Assembly (NCBI GenBank): GCA_050331415.1 | Contig: JBHJGW010000106.1 | Location: 1-47,840, forward strand | Source of the DNA: Opitutales bacterium | GTDB lineage: Bacteria; Verrucomicrobiota; Verrucomicrobiia; Opitutales; Cerasicoccaceae | DNA length: 47,840 nucleotides | Direction of reading: 5' to 3' | Shown here: one piece after another, positions 18,663-28,015 of the stretch | Layout of the letters: the number at the start of each line of letters is the position of its first letter | How positions within the stretch are numbered: position 1 is the first letter of the stretch | The notes under the pieces: generated by a model | Seen by the model: only the letters and a program-made list of their open reading frames with translations | Databases searched by the model: none | What the model was told of the DNA's origin: nothing | Position numbers and translations under genes: made by a program

Positions 18663-19067
18663 ATGCCTGATCTGACCACTGAACTCACGAAGCTCGCAGA
18701 GCTGCACAAAAACGGCGTGTTGACCAACGAAGAGTTTGCCCAGGCCAAGGCAAAGCTGCTCTCCGACGAACCTGACACTCCAGCTGACGCCGAAAGTGCT
18801 GCACGCAATATCCGACCGGAGTTAGCGCGCCCTCCGAGTCGTCACCATCGCCAATACCCGCATCCACCCGTGATCCATCACCAGATTGGGTTCAACGAAG
18901 ATCGCGAAAACTCCTTCGGTAAAGCCGCCAACCGCTTCGTCACGGTTAAGCTGATCCTGGGCATCCTCGGGTTCGTTCTCTTTGCCTGTTTTGCCGGACC
19001 CATCGCCTGTTCGATGCAAGATCGCATGAACTCCGGACCGTCCTTCCGCGGCCCTGGGTTTCCTTAA
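18663..19067 (+). CDS. SHOCT-domain membrane protein (N-terminal SHOCT, C-terminal TM helix)
   Basis: LTKLAELHKNGVLTNEEFAQAKAKLL matches the SHOCT consensus. Hydrophobic helix LILGILGFVLFACFAGPIA. 12 bp upstream of the giant ORF. Confidence 0.7.
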   Translation: MPDLTTELTKLAELHKNGVLTNEEFAQAKAKLLSDEPDTPADAESAARNIRPELARPPSRHHRQYPHPPVIHHQIGFNEDRENSFGKAANRFVTVKLILGILGFVLFACFAGPIACSMQDRMNSGPSFRGPGFP

Positions 19068-19078
19068 TTTCGCAACCC

Positions 19079-22000
19079 ATGACTCAGGGAAAATTAGAGG
19101 GGGGCGCCTATGAGGTCATTCGCAATCGCCTCAATCAGCAGGGGAAAGACTTGCTGGGGCGCCTGCAGGCACTCGATGCCAACCGCAAGGCAGTTTTTGG
19201 CGCGGTCGAGCCCCGGCTACTGACAACCGAGCGCATCCAGACTGCCAATAACTGTATTCCCCGCGGCATGACCGCCCTGCCCGGGGATCGCTTCATCTTC
19301 GGCTACAACGTCCACATTGGCCTCAAAAGCCAGGTCGAGGTCAGTGATGTTTTTTCCCTTTTCCAGTACCATCAGGACGAGCACCACTTCACGCAGGATG
19401 ATCTTTCATTTCTGACCTCCAGCCAGGAATTCGTCCAGGATTTCCAATATCTTTACAAATACTACAAAAAGACGACTTTCGCGAAGTTTATGCGGATGGG
19501 CCCGAACCTGTACATGGCCTTCCGCATCAGTGAGGACATTCGTGACATCAAAGTCTTCAAGTGGCTGCTCAAGGACGACGGGACATTCCAATACCTCGGC
19601 AACCGATTCGACCACGAGTACCAGTTTCCGGAGCAGCACGGCTTCAAGTGGACCCGTGCACACCGCGATATGCAACGCAGCGGTACCCACCCACACATCT
19701 CGATCGAAGACCGGCTTTTTGTGGAGACCGTTGGCGGCGACCTCACGATCAAGATTGAAGACAATACCGATTCTGGCGAAGGGATTTATAGCGAGCCGGT
19801 TAGCTATGCTGACCAGACCCTCGACGACGCCGATATCTACTACGCGGTCGTCGGCAGTCTAATTTTCCTGAAGATCAAGCCTTATCAGGAAAAGCAGACC
19901 CGCTATTTCATCTACAACGAAAAGGTGAAAGATGTGAAGCGCGTCGATTCCATCGAGCACAGCTGCGTCCTGCTTCCGGAAGAGCACGGCGTCATCTTCG
20001 CCGACGGCTTTTACCTGCACAACGGAGACTACAAGCGCTTCGACCCGCGCGAAGAGGCGATGCTCTATGAGCGCACCATCCGCGCGCCGAACGGCGAAGA
20101 CTATCTTTACGTCTTCTATCAGCGTGACCAGGGGGTGTATCAGCTGATGCCCTACAACCTGATCGCTCAGAAGGTCGAGAACCCCATCGAAGCAAATGGC
20201 TATGCACTCTTTGAAAATGGCTCCCTCGCGTACTTCAAAGCACACGACGAAGCCCAAAAGCACCACACCGTCCAAGTTTGGCAGACGCCATTCTCCGCAC
20301 GTGAGATACCAGTTGAAGGGCAGAAGGACAGCTACCTTTTTAAAGTCGGCAACTCGGACATCGTGCGCTGTATGGCCGAGTGCTATGAGATTTACAACCT
20401 GCTGCAACGTGAAGATGCCTACGAGGGCCTGTACCTCGACCTCACCCGCATCGCCACGCGGGTGATCGACAGCTACTTCTGGATCGAGAACGAGGCTGCC
20501 GCCAATCTCAAGGAAGTTCTGTCACAGATTTTGGGCACCGGCCAGGCGGCCATCGACGAGTTCGAAAAGGTCCAGCGCATCCGCAAGGCCACACTTGACC
20601 AGACTCGCCAAGTCCAAACTACCGCCCGCAAGCTCTTTACCGAACTCGACGGAACTCAGCCCGACGACGTTCGCGGCTACGTCGACCGCCTTGCGCGCTT
20701 GCGACGCCTCCGGGGGGAAGTCATTGGACTGAGGGAGCTGCGCTATGTCGACACGAGCCTTTGCGATGAGCTGGAAACGCAGATCGCCGAGCGCTCCGAC
20801 GGGGTCGCCCGGCATACGGTCGAGTTCCTCCTGCAGCCGGAGGCCCTGCAACCCTACCGAGACGCCATCGCTGCGCAGCGCGGCGAAATCGACAGCGCCA
20901 AGACCGCCCAGGAGGCAAAGCAAATTCTGGAGGAACTCGATCAGATCGGTGAGCAGCTCGAGATGCTCATCGAGACTATCTCGAACCTCAAAATCGAAGA
21001 TGCCACCCAGACCACGCGCATCATCGACAGCGTTTCCGAGCTTTTCACCGAACTCAATCAGCTCAAGGGCGCCGCCCGCAATAAGCGGCTCGACCTGATG
21101 CGGGCTGAGGGCGCGGCGCAGTTCCACGCCCAGTTGAAGCTGCTGGAGCAGTCGGTTGCCAACTATCTCGATATCGCCGACACTCCGGAGGCCGTCGACG
21201 AATACCTCACCAAAATGATGGTGCAGCTCGAAGAGCTCGAAGGCACTTACGCCGAGTTCGACGAGTTTATCGAAACCCTCTCGAACAAGCGGGCCGAACT
21301 GTACGACGCCTTCGAAACCAAGAAAGCCGCATTGATGGAAGCGCGGAACCGCCGCGCAACCAAGTTGGTTTCCTCCGCCGAGCGCATTTTAAAGGGCATC
21401 GAAAACCGCGCCCGTTCGATGACGGAGATTGCGGAGATCAACGGTTACTTCGCTGCCGACCTGATGGTCGATAAAACGCGCGACCTTGTCAGCCAGCTCA
21501 AGGAGATCGGAGAGGCGATCAAAGGCGATGATCTCCTGACGCGCCTCAAAACCATTCAGGGTGACGCCATCCGCCAGCTCAAAGATCGACAGGAGCTGTT
21601 CGTCGATGGCGAAAACGTCATTAAATTCGGCAAGCACCGCTTCACCGTCAACACGCAGCCATTGGAGCTGACGACTGTGTTGCGCGAGGGCGAGCTGTTC
21701 TATCACCTATCGGGAACGCAATTTTTCGAGCGCGTCGTCGACGACAGACTGGAGGCGACCCGCGAGGTCTGGGAAATGCAAAGCCCGGCCGAAAATGCGC
21801 AGGTGTATCGCGCCGAATTCCTCGCCTATCAAATGCTCAAGGCCCTCGAAGGCGGGCTCGAGCCGGGGCTGGCCGGTTTCGTGCAGCTCGATGGGGAAGC
21901 GCGCCTGGAGGCCGTCCGCCGTTTCATGGCTCCCCGCTATGCCGATGGGTATACCAAGGGCGTGCACGACGCCGATGCTGAGCGGCTGCTCACCGCGCTG

Positions 22001-25000
22001 GCCAAGATCCATCAGTCCGTCGGCCTCTTGCGCTATTCCCCCGACGCACGCGCCTGCGCCCTCGCCTTTTGGGTCAGCAGTTCCGGAGACAACGGCCTAG
22101 CTGCGCACCTGCGCGAACGCCTCGAAGCCTTTGGCGCGATGCTGCGGGCGTATCCAGAACACAAGACGCAGCGTGTCTACATCAACGAACTGCGCTCCGC
22201 TATCACACGTTTCAATGACGCGCACGGGCTCTTCCCCAACAACCTAGCGAACGAAGCCGCCGAATACCTTTTCTATGAGATCGTCGAGGACGAGCATTTT
22301 TACATCACCCGCGAGAGCGCCAAACTTGCCGACGACTTCAAACACGAGCTTCTCGAACGCCGCTTTCTGGAAAAATTTGATGCCGCTCGGGAGCGGGTGA
22401 AGGGTGACGCCGTCAGCGAATTTCGCATCATCCGCGATTGGCTCGAGGGCCACGCCGCCCACCACAAGCTTCCCCAGGAGCAGCACGAGTTTATTGCCGA
22501 AGCTGCGGCGCACATCCTTCGCGGCGGCGTCGAGCGGCGGCGGATCATCGATGTTCCGATCCAGGTCGACCTCGAAGACTTGCGCGGCGACCACGACAAC
22601 ATCGCCGAAGGCGGCAAGTACCACATGAACTACCTGCACTTTATGGACCGCCTTCGCGCCTTCGAGGCCGGTCCGTTTACGCTTTACCACCAGTTTCAAG
22701 AGCGTAAGCAGGAACTTGTTGAGCAGTTCGCCGAAGAGCTGCGCCTCGGAGAGTTCAAACCGCGCGTGCTCAGTGCATTTGTGCGCAACAAGCTTCTGGA
22801 CACCGTCTATCTGCCGCTGATTGGCGACAACCTCGCCAAGCAGATTGGTGCCGCCGGAGCAGATGCCCGCACCGACCGCATGGGCTTGCTGCTACTGATT
22901 TCGCCGCCAGGCTACGGAAAGACGACGCTAATGGAGTACGTGGCCAATCGCCTCGGCATAACCTTCATGAATGTCAACGGCCCCTCGCTCGGGCACGACG
23001 TCACCTCGCTGGACCCCGGCCAGTGCGCCAACATGGCAGCGCGGCAGGAAGTCGAGAAGATCAACCTCGCTTTCGAGATGGGCGATAACGTGCTCATCTA
23101 CCTCGACGATATCCAGCATACCAACCCGGAGCTGCTCCAGAAGTTTATTTCACTGTGTGACGGCACGCGTCGCATCGAGGGAGTCTACAAAGGCAAGTCC
23201 AAGACCTACGACCTGCGCGGGCGCAAGGTGGCTGTCGTCATGGCGGGTAACCCCTACACGGAAACCGGCGGCAAGTTCCAGATCCCGGATATGCTCGCCA
23301 ACCGCGCCGATACCTACAACCTCGGCGACATTATCGGCGAGAATTCAGACGCCTTCGAGGCCAGCTACATCGAAAACTCGCTCACCTCCAACAGCGTCCT
23401 GTCACGCCTATCGAGCCGTTCCCGCAAGGACGTTTATGCGATCATGCAGATCGCGCGAACGGGCCAGCGAGAGGGCGTCGAATTCGATTCGTCTTTCTCG
23501 ATGGAAGAAGTCAACGAAATGGTCAGCGTCATGAAAAAGCTGATGCGCGTTCGGGACACCATCCTTCGGGTCAACCTGATGTATGTGCGCAGCGCCGCCC
23601 AGGCCGACGACTATCGCACCGAGCCGCCCTTCAAGCTCCAGGGCTCCTACCGCAATATGAACCGGCTCGCCGAGAAGGTGCTGCCGATCATGACCGACCG
23701 GGAAATCGAACAGCTCATTGATGACCATTATGCTGGTGAGTCGCAGACCCTGACTGACGGCGCCGAAGCCAACTTGCTGAAGTTCAAGGAACTCGAAGGC
23801 AAACTGACGCCTGACGAGACCGAACGGTGGGAAGAAATCAAAAAGCGCTTCAAGCGGCAAAAGGCGCTCGGAGGCGCGGGTGATACCGACCCCGTCAACC
23901 GCGTTGTTGCGCAACTCGCCGACTTCAATAATGGCCTTGCCGAACTTGGCGATACCCTAAATGAGGGCACCAAAACTTACGGGGCCACCATGGCAGAAGC
24001 CCTTGCTGGCTTACGCGAGGCGCTTATGGAGGGCTCCCGGAGCCAGCAGCATACCTTGGCCGAAGCACTCGATTCCCTCAGCGGTTCCCTGATGGCCGGC
24101 TCGCAGCGGACGGGCGAAAGCCTCGCCGGGCTTGTCGAAAGCCTGCGCGAAACGATGGCGGCCGAAGCCGCGCGAGGGCGCGAAGGTCAGGCCGAACTGT
24201 CCGCCCGACTCGACGTCATCGCCGAGCGATGGCTGCAACATTCCACAGAAACCGCTTCCGCCCAAAACCTCGCCAGCGAGCGTAACCTTTCGGCTATTAC
24301 GCCGATCCTCTCGCAAATGGCAGAAGGGCTTGCGGCCACCAGCCAGGCACATCGCGAATCGTCGGTACAGACCGCCGAGGCGATTACGCCCCTGCTCAAC
24401 CGCTTGGTCGACAAGCTCGATGCCGCAAGCGATGCCCAGCGCGAAGCGGCGGCGCAAACGGTCGAAGCGCTGGTCCCTTTACTCGGGCGCGTTGCCGACA
24501 ACCTTTCGACGTCGAGCGAGGCACAGCGAGAGGGCGCGCAAGCAAGTGCGGAACGCGCAGGAAAGTTTCTTAGTACGATCGCCGATTCCATTCGCGAAGG
24601 CCAGCTCGCTGCAGCCGAGCAGACCAGCGGCGTCCTGGGAATGATGACACCGCTCCTCGGCAACATCTCAAACCAGCTCGCCCGCATTGCGGAAACCGGA
24701 GCCGCAGGGGGCCGGCAGTCAGAGACCATGGAGCAAATTCTGGCAACCCTTGCACGCGCCGAAACCGAGCAAACGAAAGCGGTTCAAGCTTGGGCGGAAG
24801 ACATGGCCCAGCGCGACAGCGCTCCAGAAGCCCGAACGGCTCCCCTTCCCATGCCGGCGCAGGAAGCCACAGCAGCCCACGCAAGTGGTGGCGCATTGAA
24901 GCTCGACACTCGCACTGAAGCTCTACTGCAGAGCATCCTGATCGCCTTCCACCACCTGTTTCGCAAAACGGGGATCGAGCGACCGCAAGTTTTTACCAGC

Positions 25001-25015
25001 GACGAAACGGAATAG
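19079..25015 (+). CDS. Giant multidomain protein (1978 aa): N-terminal beta-rich domain, extended coiled coils, central AAA+ ATPase (AAA_5/MoxR/dynein-like), C-terminal ~29-aa tandem repeats and an acidic tail
   Basis: Single uninterrupted ORF of 5937 nt. Walker A LLLISPPGYGKTTL (22901-22927). Walker B VLIYLDDIQH (23090-23119). Sensor-1 VVMAGNPY. Antisense ORFs inside are low-complexity. Confidence 0.85.
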   Translation: MTQGKLEGGAYEVIRNRLNQQGKDLLGRLQALDANRKAVFGAVEPRLLTTERIQTANNCIPRGMTALPGDRFIFGYNVHIGLKSQVEVSDVFSLFQYHQDEHHFTQDDLSFLTSSQEFVQDFQYLYKYYKKTTFAKFMRMGPNLYMAFRISEDIRDIKVFKWLLKDDGTFQYLGNRFDHEYQFPEQHGFKWTRAHRDMQRSGTHPHISIEDRLFVETVGGDLTIKIEDNTDSGEGIYSEPVSYADQTLDDADIYYAVVGSLIFLKIKPYQEKQTRYFIYNEKVKDVKRVDSIEHSCVLLPEEHGVIFADGFYLHNGDYKRFDPREEAMLYERTIRAPNGEDYLYVFYQRDQGVYQLMPYNLIAQKVENPIEANGYALFENGSLAYFKAHDEAQKHHTVQVWQTPFSAREIPVEGQKDSYLFKVGNSDIVRCMAECYEIYNLLQREDAYEGLYLDLTRIATRVIDSYFWIENEAAANLKEVLSQILGTGQAAIDEFEKVQRIRKATLDQTRQVQTTARKLFTELDGTQPDDVRGYVDRLARLRRLRGEVIGLRELRYVDTSLCDELETQIAERSDGVARHTVEFLLQPEALQPYRDAIAAQRGEIDSAKTAQEAKQILEELDQIGEQLEMLIETISNLKIEDATQTTRIIDSVSELFTELNQLKGAARNKRLDLMRAEGAAQFHAQLKLLEQSVANYLDIADTPEAVDEYLTKMMVQLEELEGTYAEFDEFIETLSNKRAELYDAFETKKAALMEARNRRATKLVSSAERILKGIENRARSMTEIAEINGYFAADLMVDKTRDLVSQLKEIGEAIKGDDLLTRLKTIQGDAIRQLKDRQELFVDGENVIKFGKHRFTVNTQPLELTTVLREGELFYHLSGTQFFERVVDDRLEATREVWEMQSPAENAQVYRAEFLAYQMLKALEGGLEPGLAGFVQLDGEARLEAVRRFMAPRYADGYTKGVHDADAERLLTALAKIHQSVGLLRYSPDARACALAFWVSSSGDNGLAAHLRERLEAFGAMLRAYPEHKTQRVYINELRSAITRFNDAHGLFPNNLANEAAEYLFYEIVEDEHFYITRESAKLADDFKHELLERRFLEKFDAARERVKGDAVSEFRIIRDWLEGHAAHHKLPQEQHEFIAEAAAHILRGGVERRRIIDVPIQVDLEDLRGDHDNIAEGGKYHMNYLHFMDRLRAFEAGPFTLYHQFQERKQELVEQFAEELRLGEFKPRVLSAFVRNKLLDTVYLPLIGDNLAKQIGAAGADARTDRMGLLLLISPPGYGKTTLMEYVANRLGITFMNVNGPSLGHDVTSLDPGQCANMAARQEVEKINLAFEMGDNVLIYLDDIQHTNPELLQKFISLCDGTRRIEGVYKGKSKTYDLRGRKVAVVMAGNPYTETGGKFQIPDMLANRADTYNLGDIIGENSDAFEASYIENSLTSNSVLSRLSSRSRKDVYAIMQIARTGQREGVEFDSSFSMEEVNEMVSVMKKLMRVRDTILRVNLMYVRSAAQADDYRTEPPFKLQGSYRNMNRLAEKVLPIMTDREIEQLIDDHYAGESQTLTDGAEANLLKFKELEGKLTPDETERWEEIKKRFKRQKALGGAGDTDPVNRVVAQLADFNNGLAELGDTLNEGTKTYGATMAEALAGLREALMEGSRSQQHTLAEALDSLSGSLMAGSQRTGESLAGLVESLRETMAAEAARGREGQAELSARLDVIAERWLQHSTETASAQNLASERNLSAITPILSQMAEGLAATSQAHRESSVQTAEAITPLLNRLVDKLDAASDAQREAAAQTVEALVPLLGRVADNLSTSSEAQREGAQASAERAGKFLSTIADSIREGQLAAAEQTSGVLGMMTPLLGNISNQLARIAETGAAGGRQSETMEQILATLARAETEQTKAVQAWAEDMAQRDSAPEARTAPLPMPAQEATAAHASGGALKLDTRTEALLQSILIAFHHLFRKTGIERPQVFTSDETE

Positions 25016-25103
25016 CCGTTCCGCCGCAAGACCGGTTTACGACCCATTCGTCGAAGTCGCGCGCAGCTCTTCACTTACCGGCGATTTCGCCGAATGGGTC
25101 CTA

Positions 25104-25664
25104 CTATTCGCTTTTGCGGTAAATGCCGGACGCATTGACGACCAGGTTCTCCGGAGTCGAAATCGTGTCAACAGTTCCGGTTACTACGACGTGGTCGAGT
25201 TCCTGAAGGCCGCCAACTCCGCGCAGCGACCCTTGCAGTGGCAACCCTTCGGCGTCGACGAGCTGCACGCTGGCACGGCCCTTAGTGACCTTCTCCGGAT
25301 CCTCGCAACAGGCGTCCCAAGGCGTTGCGCAATGGTCATCGTCGCCCATCTCGTTGCAGAACATAATGCTTTCATCCGCCAGGACCAGGGTGGCGAAGTT
25401 TTCACCGAAGGGATTCATCGTTGCGCCGATTTGCCCTGACACGACGATGAGCTCGCCGGGTTCGGCGCTGGCGCGCGCAGCTTCCACATTGACTGCGCCC
25501 TCGGGCTCGCTTTCCAGCAGGTACATGCTGACCGGGCTTTCCGAAGTCTCGGGGGAGACGTCGCTGGCGGTCCCTTTCGAAGCTGCATTATCGCCGCAAC
25601 CCGCAAGAAATACGGCCAGCGCCGAGACAGCAGCCGTGGTGGTTTGATGGATACATTTATTCAT
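25104..25664 (-). CDS. Cys-rich lipoprotein (186 aa), last gene of the ABC exporter operon
   Basis: Lipobox LAGC after a signal peptide. Cys/His cluster CNEMGDDDHCATPWDACCEDPE. Confidence 0.65.
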   Translation of the reverse strand: MNKCIHQTTTAAVSALAVFLAGCGDNAASKGTASDVSPETSESPVSMYLLESEPEGAVNVEAARASAEPGELIVVSGQIGATMNPFGENFATLVLADESIMFCNEMGDDDHCATPWDACCEDPEKVTKGRASVQLVDAEGLPLQGSLRGVGGLQELDHVVVTGTVDTISTPENLVVNASGIYRKSE

Positions 25665-25704
25665 AACAGGCTATTGTTTTGAGACATTTTGGGGAGGTAA
25701 AAGT

Positions 25705-26856
25705 TCAGGCAGAGCGCAGCGCAACCGGCAGTGGCGCCCGCAAGCATCGCAGAGCGGGAGGAATGGCACCGATGACGCCGAGCCCAAAACCGGTTACCAG
25801 GCCTAGGGTGATCGTATCCGGCGTCAGCAACAGGCGAAAAGTTCCCATGGAGAAATTGACGGTCGTGCCTTCGAGCAAGAACACCGCGAGTGAGGCGGCA
25901 GCCAGCGTGCCCGCCAGCGTTGCCAGCAGACTCTCCTGCAGCAGAGAAAGAAAAATCGCGCCGCGCGAGAAACCCACGGCCTGCAGCGTAGCGATTTCGC
26001 GGATACGGGAAGCAAACGCCGCGTAAAGCAGATTCATGCCGCCGAAGGCCGCGCCAATTCCGACAAGGATCGCGGTCAGCCATGTCATTCCGCGAATCGG
26101 GCCGTAGAAATGCGCCAGCTTTGCGTAGTAATCGGACTCCCGCAGCGCAACGAGCTCGAGGTCGAGCCGCTGACTGGCAAACAGCTCGGCATGCGCAAAT
26201 CCCGATTCGTCTCCCATTCGAAGGACAACTGCGGACAAATTTTCGCGCTGCGTCAGGGTCATCAGGTCGCTGCGCGTGAACCAGACTTCAGACTCCATGA
26301 CAGTGCCAGGGGCGTCGAACACACCCGCGACGGTTAGCGTCTGACCTTCGAAGGCAAGCTCGCTGCCCGGAGTCAAAGCGGAGGCTGGTCTGCCCAGCGA
26401 GCGGTGCGCAAGCCGTCCGACAAGCACCTCGCCCGGGCCGGGATACCCGCCCTCGATAATGCGCACCTCGCGGTGCACTTCGAACGCCGCGGGCGTTACG
26501 CCCCGCAACAGTGCTTGAGAATCGCTGTCGTCGGGAAAGGTCAACGCGCCCATGTATTGAATTTCTCCTGACACCGCGGGCACCCCGGCCCGGCGCTCGA
26601 TACCCCGAATCCCCGCAGTGGCCAGGGTCTCGGTCTGCACAGGGATCTCGCTGCGCTCGACACTCTCCTCGGAGCCTGCCCCTAGGAGGATGACGTTTCG
26701 CGGTGAGCCGGTGGCCTGCAACACGCGCTCCATGCCGTCATTGAACGCCGAAGCAGCAAAGACGAGAAAGACCACCAGAGCGGCACCACCGATCTTTTGG
26801 ATCAGCTGCCCCGGCGCTCGAACCAGGTTGCGAGTTGCGTAGGAAAACGGCAGCAT
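25705..26856 (-). CDS. ABC transporter permease, FtsX/MacB-like
   Basis: FtsX-type topology with a large periplasmic loop. C-terminal helices LATLQAVGFSRGAIFLSLLQE. Confidence 0.8.
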   Translation of the reverse strand: MLPFSYATRNLVRAPGQLIQKIGGAALVVFLVFAASAFNDGMERVLQATGSPRNVILLGAGSEESVERSEIPVQTETLATAGIRGIERRAGVPAVSGEIQYMGALTFPDDSDSQALLRGVTPAAFEVHREVRIIEGGYPGPGEVLVGRLAHRSLGRPASALTPGSELAFEGQTLTVAGVFDAPGTVMESEVWFTRSDLMTLTQRENLSAVVLRMGDESGFAHAELFASQRLDLELVALRESDYYAKLAHFYGPIRGMTWLTAILVGIGAAFGGMNLLYAAFASRIREIATLQAVGFSRGAIFLSLLQESLLATLAGTLAAASLAVFLLEGTTVNFSMGTFRLLLTPDTITLGLVTGFGLGVIGAIPPALRCLRAPLPVALRSA

Positions 26857-26860
26857 GACA

Positions 26861-28015
26861 CTAAGCCCCGCGCAGGGAGCTAACAATGGGTTTGCGGGCG
26901 GCGATCAGGGCGGGCCAGATGGAGGCGACGACCCCCAGTGCAAGCGCCACCAGCAAGCCGTAGGCGACAACCGTCCAGCTTGGCGAGAGCGCTAGCGTCA
27001 GGCCTTCGTTGCCCAAGGTGAAGCGCTTGAGGTGGAAGAAAAGCCCGGCGGAAAGACAGCCGATCAGGCCGCCGGCGAGACCGAGCAGCGCGCCTTCCAA
27101 AATCATCAACCAGCCGATGGACCAGCGGGAAAAACCGATTGTCTGGTAAACCGCGCTTTCTTTGATCCGCGAGCGCGCCGCCAGCAGGAGCGCGTTGGCG
27201 ACCAGCCCCAGCACCGCAAGTACCGCCCCGAGCCCGAGCCAACGGGTGAAGCCGACCAGCTCGATCATTTCACTCGCAGTCTGGGCGAAGAAGGCCTTCT
27301 CGGGGCGGGTGTTTGTCGGAGCCTGATCTGCGGCGAAAAGGTCATCTATGCGCTCGGCCACGGGTTCGAGATCGTCAGGGCTCTCCACTCGAACATTGAA
27401 CTGCGTGACGACCCCGAGACCGACGCGGGAGGCCTGCTGCAGAAACGGAAGGTGCACGTATGCGACATTGTTGTCCTGGGGATTTGGCGACGTAATGATC
27501 CCCGCAACCCACACCCTGACGCCGACAGCCTCAAATTGATCGCCCGGCTCCAAACCCCGCCGCTGCGCAAAATGCTTACCGACGAGCGCCGCATCGCTGC
27601 GGGATTGCCATGACTCGTAAGAGCCTGTCACTACTTCAAGCTCGGGGTTGTACGAGCGAAGGGCGCCAGTTGGGACGCCCCGGAAGGTGATGACGTCAAG
27701 GCTCGCCCCGCAGTTGTTCACCGTGATCTGAATCGGCAGTGCCTCGACGACGCCGTCGATCCGCTCGATCTCACCGAGGTAGTGCTCCGGCAGCCGTGAG
27801 GTCATCGGGCAAAATCGGTTTTCGCGGTAAACGACCAGGGTGTTGTCCTGCGCGCTTGTCTCGGTGACCGTTTTCAGGGACCGCTGCATCGTTTCCACCG
27901 AGGCATAAAGGAACATGCCGACGGCAACGCCGATCACGGTCAGGAGGCTGCGGACGCGGTGCCGCGTCAACTGCTTGAGGGCCAAGCCACCGAGGTGTGC
28001 AAATGGTCGCATCAT
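26861..28015 (-). CDS. ABC transporter permease, FtsX/MacB-like (second copy)
   Basis: Paralogue of the adjacent permease (AVYQTIGFSRWSIGWLMILE). 4-bp overlap with the ATPase gene. Confidence 0.8.
   Translation of the reverse strand: MMRPFAHLGGLALKQLTRHRVRSLLTVIGVAVGMFLYASVETMQRSLKTVTETSAQDNTLVVYRENRFCPMTSRLPEHYLGEIERIDGVVEALPIQITVNNCGASLDVITFRGVPTGALRSYNPELEVVTGSYESWQSRSDAALVGKHFAQRRGLEPGDQFEAVGVRVWVAGIITSPNPQDNNVAYVHLPFLQQASRVGLGVVTQFNVRVESPDDLEPVAERIDDLFAADQAPTNTRPEKAFFAQTASEMIELVGFTRWLGLGAVLAVLGLVANALLLAARSRIKESAVYQTIGFSRWSIGWLMILEGALLGLAGGLIGCLSAGLFFHLKRFTLGNEGLTLALSPSWTVVAYGLLVALALGVVASIWPALIAARKPIVSSLRGA

Noticed and set aside
19859-22699. Several 100-200-aa minus-strand ORFs (19859-20407, 20522-21127, 22244-22699 and others)
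   Set aside because: All lie inside the uninterrupted 5937-nt giant ORF on the opposite strand and are low-complexity.
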